DNA from: Andalucia godoyi And28
Lineage: Eukaryota > Protista > Jakobida
Direction: 5' to 3'
NCBI GenBank assembly: GCA_009859145.1
Contig: VRVR01000036.1
Location: forward strand, 224,972 to 288,971
DNA: 64,000 nt
Shown: positions 10,445-20,885 of the stretch, in pieces
Layout: every line of letters starts with the position of its first letter
How positions within the stretch are numbered: position 1 is the stretch's first letter
Notes under the pieces: generated by a model
Databases searched by the model: none
What the model saw: the letters and a program-made list of their open reading frames with translations, nothing else
Told to the model about the DNA's origin: nothing
Translations under genes and position numbers: made by a program

Positions 10445-10736
10445 ATGTACGTGATACCCCTCGCCTGCGACGGTGCGACGGTGGGCCGTCTCGGGAACGG
10501 ATTAGAAGCATCCGAACCAGATCGCAGCACATGTACATCCTCAAGGATACTGAACAAAAAGACCGTCAGGCAACCCGTCGAGATCGAGAAAGTGAAATCA
10601 GTCGCGCTCTACGCAAGAGTCTCGTCGACCCGCCAAGAAGTGGTGGACCTCCAACGTTTCAAATTGTCAATCTTCGTATGCAGCCAGTGCGATCACATTC
10701 TGCTTTTGAATAATCGCAGACATCGAAGGTGGTTTT
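10445..10736 (+). pseudogene. Degraded IS607-family serine transposase (TnpA) relic: MerR-like HTH plus start of the resolvase domain
   Basis: Collinear motifs across frames: MYVIP (10445), TVRRWAVSG (10470-10496), RIRSIRTRSQHMYILKD (from 10498), VALYARVSSTRQEVVDLQR (10601-10657), QIVNLR (from 10660), IIADIEGGF (10710-10736). At least four frameshifts; truncated afterwards. Confidence 0.75.
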
Positions 10737-10807
10737 TGTGCACAGTCGACTCGTGCTTCCTTTACGTTCGCGCATGTTGCCGCGTTCTGCTGGCGCCAGT
10801 GGCTAGC

Positions 10808-12939
10808 TTAGATGTTGATAGTCTTCACAAGCCTGGTTCTCTCATCAAGATCTTCTGCGTCTGCAAGGTCGTCTCGAGATTGAAGAACTGACGAGTGCCG
10901 GGAGCCAAGGCGGCTTCCAACTCTGCGAATGGTTCCTGGCGGCGGATGCGGCTGCGGAAAAGTTTGATGAGGCCCGGCGACGTTCCCGCTGCCGAGATCG
11001 AGGAGTTTCTTTCGGAGCGCCTCGTTTCCAGACTGCTTGACAAACCGATGCGACATGAAAGCGCCAACAAGCACCCAAAGCACAAATATGCCGATGATGC
11101 ACCCACCAACGACGGATGGCAACGGGTACATCAATCCGGCCATTGTTGCAAATACTGCAACCACTGTGATGGCTGGACGTATCAAATGATCGAGACGATT
11201 GTAGCTTGACGGGTGACTCTTTTTGATGTATGCAGCAATACCAAGGTTTGGAAGCATGTACACCGTCAGCAATCCATACGATCCGATGAGATTGGACGCG
11301 GCAAACGCTGACCAACCGCCCGACGAGGACGACCCCACGAGATTCCAGTCAATGGTTCCAGCCACGTTGCTCGTGTAGCTAAGCTCTACAGAATACACAA
11401 AGGCAAGAAGAATAGCCGCGGCCGCACAAACGGCATTGGTAGCAATGATGGCGCGCACGGGAGTTTGTCTTGTTGGATGCAGTTTTCCAAAGTATCCGAG
11501 GTGAAAGATGTCTGCATGGCCCATCGACATGAGCAGTCTCGCATTGAAATTGAGTTGCGCCACAAGCCAGTTGAAGGACGTTGTCATTCCGGCAATGTCG
11601 ATGAAGTACCCGAACCATGAAGACACGTAATGCTGGGCTAGAAGATTCATAGGCATGCCTGCGCTTTTCCCTCCATTTGTCCCGTATGTCAAGATGTTTG
11701 CAGCATCGTATTTCCCAAGTCCCCACACAAGCGCTAATGTGCCGATCCACACAAATCCCGAGACGCAAATGACGCTTCCAAAAACGGAGAAGGCGACAAC
11801 ACGGACCGGATCCTTAGCCTCTTCAGCAAGCGACGTTGCTCCTTCAAACCCATCGCAGACCAGCACAGCAAGCACCACAGCCTGGATAAACCCGAATGCA
11901 CCGTTGGGATTCTCCTCCGAGCTTGCCGAATCGGGCAAGAAGTGATTTCCGTCCACAAGCATTGCGCCAACAAACACACTCACAATGATGGCTTCGATTG
12001 CCGACAGAATGATGGAAATCCGCAACGAAGACTCAATTCCCTTTACAGACAGCAGCGTCACGACGATCGTGAACACCACGAGCGAAATTTGGAAAGGAAC
12101 CGCAACTTGGTCGTCCGACGCATTGTTGCCGTATGCGTACCGTTTTGCCACATCCGATGAAAACAGCGCAATCTGCAGTACAGCCTGGACCCCAAGAGCT
12201 AAATACGCAATGAGCATTATCCACGCAGTAAACAGACCTGCAAACGGCCCAAGAGAAAGGGTTGAGTACGTAAAGAACGAGCCTGCGGAAGGATGCCATC
12301 GTACAAACAACTGCAGAGTCCGCGACAGCGACAGGCATAAGAAGATCGTGGCCAACAGGGCATACGGAGCACTCGTTCCTGCGGCCGCCAAAATCAATGG
12401 AACATTAAAAAACAACGAACCTGCGCATCCATACATGGAATCGACAAACAAACAAACAAACCAAAACCAAAACCAACAGCGGACGCACATCCCAACTCCA
12501 AGCAAAGAGTCAACACATCATTATCGTTAACATTATCGTCATGATCAGATATAGAAGCATGCCACATGACCCATGTGTGCAGTGTTTGATAGACAGAAGC
12601 AGATCAGAAGAAGAGCATACTGGTCGGTGAAGTGTTGAGCAGGCTCATTGCGAAGGCATAGGCTGCGGTGACATTTCTTTTAGGATCATCTTGAAAGAGC
12701 AGCCTGTCACTTTCTCCAGAAGTATCTACACTATCTACATTATTATTATTATTATTATTATTGCTATTGCTATTGCTATTGCTATTGTTATTATTATTAT
12801 TGTTGTTGTTGTTGTTGTGGTGGTTGTGTTTTGATGAAGGACTCAAGAGGTGCTGCTGCTCGTGCAGATTTGCCAGAGTTGTATTACGCAAAAGATCATT
12901 TTGCCGAAACGGTGGTGAGATGCTTGACAAATGAGACAT
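10808..12939 (-). CDS. APC-superfamily amino-acid permease, 2 exons (12939-12621 and 12420-10808; about 643 aa)
   Basis: About 12 hydrophobic segments; TM1 restored by splicing as MSLLNTSPTSSLFFNVPL; TM6 CDGFEGATSLAEEAKDP; GKLHPTRQTPVRAII. Exon phases agree (319 + 1613 nt). Poly-Asn N-terminus. Confidence 0.9.
12421..12620 (-). other. Spliceosomal GT-AG intron (200 nt) in the APC permease gene
   Basis: Minus strand: donor ACCA|GTATGC, T-rich interior, acceptor GCGCAG|GTTCG. Splicing joins two otherwise separate ORFs in frame. Confidence 0.8.
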
Positions 12940-13266
12940 TTAACAATTACACATGTATATAACAAAGAAGATTGAATACTCTCTGTGATCAAAAACCCAA
13001 AAAAAGAAAAAGGAAAGGAAAGGAAAGGAAAAGAAAAGAAAAAGAGGGAATAATAAACTCAACATTATTACGTCCGAAACTGTAAATAAAATATAAAAGG
13101 TTTGAAAAACGAGAAAATGTTTCGCGCATGTACGATACAGCTTGCACAATACGTCAACGAGCGAGTGTTGCCTCGTGGGTGTTCAGTGTTGACCTCAAAT
13201 TTGCGGAGGACGATGCGGGGGGAATCGTTGCCAAATCGAGAAAAGTGCCCGAATCGTCAGTCTTCG

Positions 13267-13309
13267 CAGTTCACATTGACTCGTGTCTTCGACGATGGAA
13301 TGTGAACTG
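13267..13309. other. Perfect 11-bp stem hairpin in a GC-richer island of the intergenic spacer
   Basis: CAGTTCACATT (13267-13277) pairs with AATGTGAACTG (13299-13309); the loop can pair internally (TCGT/ACGA). Confidence 0.5.
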
Positions 13310-13504
13310 AACCGCCGTTTCGTTTATTAATTATTACGTAACGTGTATACGTTTTCAGAACTTGTTCTTCTTTCCATTCTCTCATCTTTCAGTTTTATAA
13401 GATAACAACTACAATTGCGTGTGTTTGATCCACCCATCTCAATCCATTTTTTTTTAATTAGCTATTTATTTTAATTTTTTTTTGACGCGACACTCGCATG
13501 AACG

Positions 13505-16492
13505 ATGAGTGAAGAAGTCGACGGAGTTGTTTTTGAGAGTCTTTGTGCGAATGCAAAGGACGCGGTCAGTCGAGCAGCGATTGATCTCGTGAATACATTG
13601 CACAGAGATCAAAAAGTCGAGCTGCGGTCAACGGTTGCGCTTTGCACGAGGTTTCTGACTTTGGAACATGCATTCGAGTCAGTGCCGGTGTCATCGGTTG
13701 TGGTGTGCGACGATGCCGACCGCACGCTTTCCAACGCAGAAGTCGTGTCCTTGCTCCGAACGGCGGACAGAGTCTTGACGATGTTCATGGGGACGTACCT
13801 CACCATTGAACACTGCCCGTCGTACGGACAGGAAGTGCAGGTCACGTCGCACTGCGCTGTTCGAGCGTTTGTGCCGGCACAGCGAGATGGAATCGGGTCG
13901 ATGAGCAGCGATGCCGTGCAGAGAGCGGAGGTCGACGCCATTACAAAGGGGTTCCATGTTGTTCCGGAGTGCGAAACGTACTTGATGAACAGCGTGATCG
14001 CTCAGGTGCTTTCGGTCGTTCTTGACGAGCATGAGCAGCAGACTGAAAGGGCAGAGGTGTGCCCGGTGGTGCGAGCATTGACCATTGTGTTTCAGCCGGC
14101 GTCGCTGGCGGTCCGGTGGACGGTGCGACTGAATTCGCAATGCAAAGCTCTTGATGGGCTCTCGTACAGGGACATGTTGCTGGAGACAATTTCAAACTCG
14201 GAGCCCCTGCACTCTGTTCGGAAGCGTCAAGAATGGGAGATGCTGTCGCAGGACCAGGCTCTTTTGCAGCGCCTTGGATTTACCGAGATTGGACTGGCAG
14301 CGTCAATTCGGAACAGAGTCGCGTTTCCCAATGGATCGTCTGATGATCCAGAGGTTCTCAACCGGCACTATGCCACCATTCGTGTGCTGCTCGACTGCGT
14401 CGATGTGGATCCCGCGGAAATGGTCTTTAGCAATCAAGGACGAGAATCTTTTGTTCTGAAGAGCAACCGGGACCACGAGGAAAGTAGCAGACAGACGCCA
14501 CCTGCAGATGTTGCGCTTGCACTTGCGCTTGCGAACGAAGAAAACGGATTCTATGTACCGGTCATCTCACACCAAATGTCTTTCCATCCTGAGTGTTCGA
14601 AGCTCCTGTCCGTGACTGCCCGGATGGCCGTGTCCAGCTCCGAGCAGCCAACATTCACTCCTCTCGACTTTGCGATTTCTACCGCGAGAGGCTTGATGTG
14701 CATGCATCCCTTCGGGCGCTGGAAGATCCTGCAGTGCTCGGACCCGCCAGCCCTGGCGCAGACTTTGCGACGGGGCTCCGAGGAGCATCGACAGCTGTGC
14801 AAAGCCGTGGAGCATGCGACCCATGGTCTTGGCAGACTGGAAGACTGCGCAGCGGATTCCTTCCAGGTGCGCTTTGATGAGCACAGATGCTGGAGCAGCA
14901 GCGACCTGCGAAATGCACTGCAGGTGCATTTTGACAGTTCTCGCTGCACGTTTTATCCCGTCTTGCACTGTACTGTCGACGTGCCCTCGCATCTAAGTGC
15001 CTGCTTGTCCTACAGGCGACGTTCGTACCGAAGATTCCTTGAAGCAGTTTGCAGAATGACAAGCAATATCTGGTCGAACCCGCAGCTAGCCACGGTCTCT
15101 TTGGAAAAGAAGAATACACAATCGGATTCAAAGAGCCGCAATCTGCGGATTCGTGTGGAGTCCGTGGACGTCGAGTTTTTGCATCGCGTCGCGTTTCACG
15201 TATCGTCCATGTTTGCTATCCACACGGTCGCGGTGCCTGGATGTTTGTCTTCGGCGATCTACGATTCTGCGTTCACACGGTCCCTCGAGGACGAATTGGC
15301 GCCACTGGTTTCCAAACATGCAGATATTCTGTTCCTGCCTCCTCATGAAAACCAACTGTCGTTCGTTGCGGTGGGCATCGAAGCGGGCGTTGTTGCTGAG
15401 TTTTTGGAGTTCAAGAGCCAGCAGGCTCACAGAAGTGCATCGAGCGAATCGCACGCGCGAGATGCGCACAATCTGAACCAAGAGCTTTCTTGCTGTTTAT
15501 CAGTCTGTGAGCCTGAAATGGTATCGGACAGAACCATTAAGCTTCCGTGCTCGCATACGGCGTGCCGGGCATGCTTGGCGGAGACCATCGTCCGGTCCAG
15601 TCAAGACGTTTTGCTGGCTCAAAGACTGCATCTGTCATGCTCCTTGTGCCTCTCCGACATCCCTGCTACATTCCTGCCTCAAATTGTTGGACCAGTCGTT
15701 CTTCAAAAGACAGCGGCGATGAGAGCTCGTGCTGCAGCCGCCGCGACCAAGAAAGCGGCTGTGGAGCAGGACGAACCCGCGACGTCAGATGGGGCATCTC
15801 CCTCCGTCCAATGGATCTCTGCTTTTGCTTGTCCTGGGGTGGATTGCTCGCGACTCTTGGTGTCCACGTCTTCTGCGCGAGTCTGCGAATGCTTGGACTG
15901 TGGCCAGCGAGTTTGTGTGCGATGTCAGCTTCCTGCGCATCCGGGAAGTCGGTGCGATGGTGCTCGGCGCTTCGTTGTGGTGGAGAAAGGGAAAACGAGA
16001 TCGTGTCCGGGATGCGGATACTTCATTTTCCGCACTGCGGGTTGCAACCACATGACGTGTGCACTGTGCTCCACGGAATTTTGCTGGACGTGCGGATTTA
16101 TCCACGAGCCGCATTTGGATGGTGGAAATCTGTTTGCGCACATTCCCAATTGCATTCAGGAAATGCGTCCGGAGAATGCCGAGTTTGAAAGGACTGCCGC
16201 CGCATCTCGTCGTAGATCTCGTCGCCAGAGGCCTCCCCGCGCCCCTCGCCAGCCGGTGGTCGATACTGCAGACGAAGATGCTGCCGATGTGTTCGATCTG
16301 CTGTTTGGCCCGTCTGGTCCCATGCACGTTGAAGCTCCCGTGGACCCTCTGGAGTCTGAGCAACCGATTTTAGACGAACAGCGGGATGCCGAGCCCGCGC
16401 ATCAGTGGAACTTGTTTACCCAGGAAGATTATGTGCTCAGTACTTTGTTCCATACGCATTCAAGGGACCAGGAAATCATTGTAGGAAACTAA
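13505..16492 (+). CDS. RBR (RING1-IBR-RING2) E3 ubiquitin ligase with long uncharacterised N-terminus
   Basis: RING1 C..C...LPCSHTACRACL; IBR CPGVDC...CLDCGQRVCVRCQLPAHPGSRC; RING2 CPGCGYFIFRTAGCNHMTCALCSTEFCWTCG containing the catalytic Cys. Confidence 0.9.
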   Translation: MSEEVDGVVFESLCANAKDAVSRAAIDLVNTLHRDQKVELRSTVALCTRFLTLEHAFESVPVSSVVVCDDADRTLSNAEVVSLLRTADRVLTMFMGTYLTIEHCPSYGQEVQVTSHCAVRAFVPAQRDGIGSMSSDAVQRAEVDAITKGFHVVPECETYLMNSVIAQVLSVVLDEHEQQTERAEVCPVVRALTIVFQPASLAVRWTVRLNSQCKALDGLSYRDMLLETISNSEPLHSVRKRQEWEMLSQDQALLQRLGFTEIGLAASIRNRVAFPNGSSDDPEVLNRHYATIRVLLDCVDVDPAEMVFSNQGRESFVLKSNRDHEESSRQTPPADVALALALANEENGFYVPVISHQMSFHPECSKLLSVTARMAVSSSEQPTFTPLDFAISTARGLMCMHPFGRWKILQCSDPPALAQTLRRGSEEHRQLCKAVEHATHGLGRLEDCAADSFQVRFDEHRCWSSSDLRNALQVHFDSSRCTFYPVLHCTVDVPSHLSACLSYRRRSYRRFLEAVCRMTSNIWSNPQLATVSLEKKNTQSDSKSRNLRIRVESVDVEFLHRVAFHVSSMFAIHTVAVPGCLSSAIYDSAFTRSLEDELAPLVSKHADILFLPPHENQLSFVAVGIEAGVVAEFLEFKSQQAHRSASSESHARDAHNLNQELSCCLSVCEPEMVSDRTIKLPCSHTACRACLAETIVRSSQDVLLAQRLHLSCSLCLSDIPATFLPQIVGPVVLQKTAAMRARAAAAATKKAAVEQDEPATSDGASPSVQWISAFACPGVDCSRLLVSTSSARVCECLDCGQRVCVRCQLPAHPGSRCDGARRFVVVEKGKTRSCPGCGYFIFRTAGCNHMTCALCSTEFCWTCGFIHEPHLDGGNLFAHIPNCIQEMRPENAEFERTAAASRRRSRRQRPPRAPRQPVVDTADEDAADVFDLLFGPSGPMHVEAPVDPLESEQPILDEQRDAEPAHQWNLFTQEDYVLSTLFHTHSRDQEIIVGN

Positions 16493-16677
16493 GAAAGGTG
16501 CTACACAACAGCATTGGAAAGCCATCGATATTCAGGTAAAAAATATAAAGGAAGAATAAGAAGAAGAAGTTAAAAAGGAGGGGAAAAAAGTCTGCAATTT
16601 TAGGAACAAACTATATACAAACCAAAAATAATAATAATAATCAAAATAAAGAAGAAGTTGTTAATAAATCTAATGAA

Positions 16678-17985
16678 TCACCAGGAGTGGTGCGAGGCGG
16701 AAACATTTGAGAATTTTCTCGAATACGCAAGCGCCGATAAATGCGCGTATTGTCGGACCAGTTCATCGACATCGGGACCGGATACACCGGCCACAGTGTC
16801 GTCCACCGATGACAGTGCCCTCGCATGGATGTGCTGCTCGTTCACAGGACCGTTCCACTTTTCACGGGGCGATGACACCTTTTGTGGATGATGATTCACA
16901 TGCTTCTGCGAGATCCGAGCCCCTGGCGAGTACTTTGCATTGTCCTTGTTGGGAGATGAAGCGGCAGCGGGAGTATCGTCTGGGAAATCAGCAAAGTCAT
17001 CAAGACCGTCACCGGGCGAAACCGTCGGCAATGACGAGTTTGTGAACGAATGAGAGGTGAGCGGTGTTGGCAAAGACAGGCCGGGAAACTTGGACGAAGA
17101 GGAAACAGACACCGAAGAGAGCGGTGGATGTGCGGATGTACCTGCACCAGTGTCATCATCGTCATCGAACCTGATATCGCCTTCTTCTTCTTCGTCGTCG
17201 TCTTCACCATCATAATCCTTCTTGCTCTTGGTAGCACCGATCGCGACAGCACGGGTACCATCTGTGCCATTGCCAAACGCGAACATGTCACCATTCTGCT
17301 CGTCTCCCCCCTCGTCCTCGTCGTCGTCGTCGAACCGCACCTTGTCACGCTCGTTGTCGGTATTCAAATGAGCAACATCGAAAACCGCCGGCATCGTCGC
17401 GCTTCTCTGGTGCAATCGGAGGGCGAAGTTGAGGCCTCCATTTTCACCAGAAGCGAGATCGAGATCCGCTCTGAAGTCGCTGTCTGAAATCTTTCTCGGA
17501 CGCGGCGAATTCCGAAAGGAGATGCTCGGATTCCTGGACTTCATTTTTGCTGCAAACTCCTTTAAACTTGACAATTCCTCCAGCAGCGACCGCGTCTTTG
17601 GCTGTCCATACAGCGATCCCATATCGATAGTGCTCGAGGTCGCAGTCCGCACATGGTTCTTTGTAACTTGGTCCAGCAGCCGCTCGGAACCAGACGATCT
17701 ACGTCGTCGTGAAGAAGCGTGGCTGCCTCGCGCCGCAGCAACCAGGGCTTTGGACACGCCTGCAGACACGCCGTCAATTTTCCCTCGAATGTTCTTCAAA
17801 TTCTCAACTTCCGTCGCACGCTGCTCTTGGACTGCCTTGACTGCCTCCACCAGCGCAGCATCGTTTTCAACAGATTTCGATAATTTCGGTGGAATCGTAA
17901 ATGTTTGTGTCGAATAGAAAAACGACGACACGAATGACACCAAAACAGACACTCGAGAAGACAAGAATGAAAGCAGCCAGAGCAT
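16678..17985 (-). CDS. Hypothetical, largely disordered acidic/Ser-rich protein (about 435 aa); start uncertain
   Basis: Long ORF with coding-like composition between AT-rich spacers; first ATG at 17985. The poly-Leu extension in the track is only a (CAA)n repeat. Confidence 0.65.
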   Translation of the reverse strand: MLWLLSFLSSRVSVLVSFVSSFFYSTQTFTIPPKLSKSVENDAALVEAVKAVQEQRATEVENLKNIRGKIDGVSAGVSKALVAAARGSHASSRRRRSSGSERLLDQVTKNHVRTATSSTIDMGSLYGQPKTRSLLEELSSLKEFAAKMKSRNPSISFRNSPRPRKISDSDFRADLDLASGENGGLNFALRLHQRSATMPAVFDVAHLNTDNERDKVRFDDDDEDEGGDEQNGDMFAFGNGTDGTRAVAIGATKSKKDYDGEDDDEEEEGDIRFDDDDDTGAGTSAHPPLSSVSVSSSSKFPGLSLPTPLTSHSFTNSSLPTVSPGDGLDDFADFPDDTPAAASSPNKDNAKYSPGARISQKHVNHHPQKVSSPREKWNGPVNEQHIHARALSSVDDTVAGVSGPDVDELVRQYAHLSALAYSRKFSNVSASHHSW

Positions 17986-17997
17986 ATTTGTGGAAAG

Positions 17998-17998
17998 C

Positions 17999-18038
<40 letters not shown>

Positions 18039-18078
18039 GCAACAACAGCAACAACAACAACAGCAACAACAACAACAA
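17998..18078. repeat. (CAA/CAG)n trinucleotide microsatellite
   Basis: Direct reading of the sequence. Confidence 0.95.
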
Positions 18079-18617
18079 ACAAGAAACCCAATAATAATAA
18101 TAATCAATATCAATATTAATAGCAAGTTAAAAGAGGAAAATATAAAAATGTTCTAATATTTTTTTGCGATCGAATCCTTTTTTTTTTTTTTTGTGTTTTT
18201 GTTATGTTTTGAAAAAACAAAAAACAACCAACAAATATGTGAGATATATTACGAGCGAATTGGCAGCACGGACAAGAATGATATTAAACAACTAAAACAA
18301 GGGGAAAAGAAAACAGAATAAAAAATGAATTAATAAAGAGATGGGTATGTGTATATAATAGTATGATACATTAGAAGAAGAAGAAGAAGAAGAAGACGAC
18401 GACGACAAAGAGAAGTGGACGTTTGCCCAATCAAAAGAAAGACGGAGAAAACGAATGGGAAAAGGTGACTTTGCGACAACTTGCGACTTGCAGTTGTTTG
18501 AGACTTGAGATTTGATGCAAGACGTGTGGATCGTCGAATGCTTGTTATTATTATATGGTTTTCTTTTCTTTTTTTCCAATTTCTGGTCATTATTATTATT
18601 TGCGGAAAGCGCATTCA

Positions 18618-18623
<6 letters not shown>

Positions 18624-18670
<47 letters not shown>
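18624..18670. repeat. (GA)n microsatellite immediately upstream of the CASP ATG
   Basis: Direct reading of the sequence. Confidence 0.95.
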
Positions 18671-18671
<1 letters not shown>

Positions 18672-18674
<3 letters not shown>

Positions 18675-20408
18675 GCGACGTTGCAAGAGACGCTGTTTTC
18701 TCTTGCAAAGTCATGGCAGCAGATTGACTTGGTATCGGTGCGATCTGAACTTGATAAGGTTGGCGGGTCGATTGCAGAGGCACATGAACGTGGGAAGAAT
18801 GCACGAAAGCAGCTTGCTGAATCGACGAAGGAGGCTCGGAAGCAGTTTCCAGATGCGATGAAGAGCATCAATTCGCTTGTGAAGGAGTACCAAGATGAAA
18901 TTGATCATCTTACGAAGCGCGCGAAACAAGCGGAAACGTCGTTTTTGGGTGCGTACGAGGCACTCAGTGCGATACAGGATCCTTCGGCAGTGCTCATGAG
19001 TGTAGCAGAAGTAGTGGGGGAAGTGAAGGATCTGAAGAACCAAGAGTCAGCCGTCCGGAGGCTTGAAGAAGAGCTCAAAGACGCGAAAGAAGCGGTGTAC
19101 CAAGAGATGGAGTCCTTGTTTGCGGATCGCGAAAAGTCGCTCATGATGCAGCTTTCGGACTTGCAGAAGCGGTACGCAGCTACAGAAAACCAGCTGTTTA
19201 TGCTCCGATCCACCCTGGAAAAAGCAGAAGAGTCGGGCAAAAGCAGAGTGGAGTACATGGAGGATCAGCTGCGAAATGCCGAGGAGGAGCTGGCGGCGCT
19301 GCGATCCATGCATGGGCGGTCGCATAGTGGAGGGTCCGATGCGGCTGGTGCGGATGGGTCCGTGGGGAGGCTTGGGTATGAAAGAGAACTTGAGAGTGCA
19401 CGGAGAGAAACCGAGGCCGAACTGGAACGCAAGGAAACGGAGTTGGGATCGCTGCGACAGTATGTCTCGAAGCTCGAAAATGATCTTGCAAAGGAAAAAA
19501 TTGAAGCCAAGCATCGCGACAGAAGTTTGCAGAGCGAGATTGGGAAAATCCAGTTTGAACTGAGCCAGTCTCGACAGGAAGTCCAGCTGCTGCGATCGCA
19601 AAAGGACGAAGCAGATGCGCTGCGAAAGCGGCTGGCGATGTTCCAGTCTCTTCACGGAGTGCTGCAGGGCGGCGGAGGGGATGTAGAGGAAGTAGACTTT
19701 GCCGATACCATCTCCGAAACAGGCTCGGTTCTCAGCATCGCTGCATCTGAACACCAGTTTCAACAGCAGAAGAAGAAGATTGCTCAACTAGAAAGCGAGC
19801 TTGTTCGGTATCGCATTGCAAGCACATCGGTGACCGAAGAACTGAGTCAGGTGAAGCGAGATCGAGAGCTGCGAGTGTCCGAGCTCTCCGCGTGTAAGGA
19901 CCTCATTAAGCGGCTCGAAGACGATATGGCGACTCTGCGATCTGCGACGGTGTCTGTATCGGAGGACCAGACTGCCCGCCAAACGGAGATTCTAACGGCG
20001 CAGCGAGATCGTTTGAAGCAGCGTGTCGTCCAGCTTGAGCAGGAAGCGATGGATCTCCAAGAAGAATTTCGAAGACGTGATGCACAGATTGATATTCTCA
20101 AGGGAGAGAATGCCCGGTTGTCAGATCGCCTCCGTGGAGGCACGGGGCCTGGCCTTGGGGTCGGAGCTGCATCATCCTCATCCTCGTCGTCATCTTCTGC
20201 ATCTGCGTTCCTGTCAGCTCTTGACTTTTCGAGCTTCCTGAGCAGTGCTTCTGGAGGAACTCGTGGTGGCAACAGTGGAGGTGGTCTGTCATCGGATCGA
20301 AGGCTCCGGTATTTTCTGACTGTGTACATTCTGTTGCTCCACTTGTTTGTCATGTACGTCGTCATGCGATTCATCCATGCTTCAACTCCACAGGTCCCTC
20401 CTCGATAG
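18672..20408 (+). CDS. CASP: CASP/COY1-like Golgi coiled-coil protein (CUX1 N-terminal domain, C-terminal TM)
   Basis: WQQIDL...RKQLAESTKE...LVKEYQDEIDHLTKRAKQAETSFLGAYEALSAIQDP; long coiled coil; TM FLTVYILLLHLFVMYVV with the conserved Tyr and His. ATG at 18672. Confidence 0.9.
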
Positions 20409-20885
20409 TTGTGCACATCATCAATTAAAATAAATAAAACAAAAGGTGAGAGAGAAAAGTAATAAAAAAAAAAAAGAAGAAATGCTCCAAGACTGGTCAT
20501 TCCCGTTCCACCAGATGCCCCACGCAGTTTCACCGTCGTTCTGCGGGGACAGCTCTTCCTTCATTGCGCAGATTTCATCCGCGAAAATTTCCCGCTCTCG
20601 ATCGAATTCCTTTCAAAACAGGCAAATAAACAGAATTTTTTTCAAGAAAACCAAAAAAATATAAATATAAATTGTTTTTTCTAATTAATAAAACAACAAC
20701 AAAAAGCAAATAACAAACCAACAAAACAACATCTCGCAGATCCTCGCATCTCCATTTTCTGTCTTTCCTTCTTTCCTTCCTGCTATTCTGGTTGCTCCAT
20801 AGACGGATAAATATGAAGTTTGAAGGAGGTGAGAGAGAACGAGAAAAGTATTAATACAGAAACTGGAAAAACAACAACCTTCCGC

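Noticed and set aside
10394-10891. 165-aa ORF as an intact gene
   Set aside because: Only 10445-10460 and 10601-10657 carry transposase-like sequence; the other motifs are in different frames, so it is treated as a pseudogene fragment.
17986-18078. Poly-Leu 'signal peptide' at the start of the 466-aa ORF
   Set aside because: It is the (CAA)n microsatellite read from a TTG start; there is no ATG.
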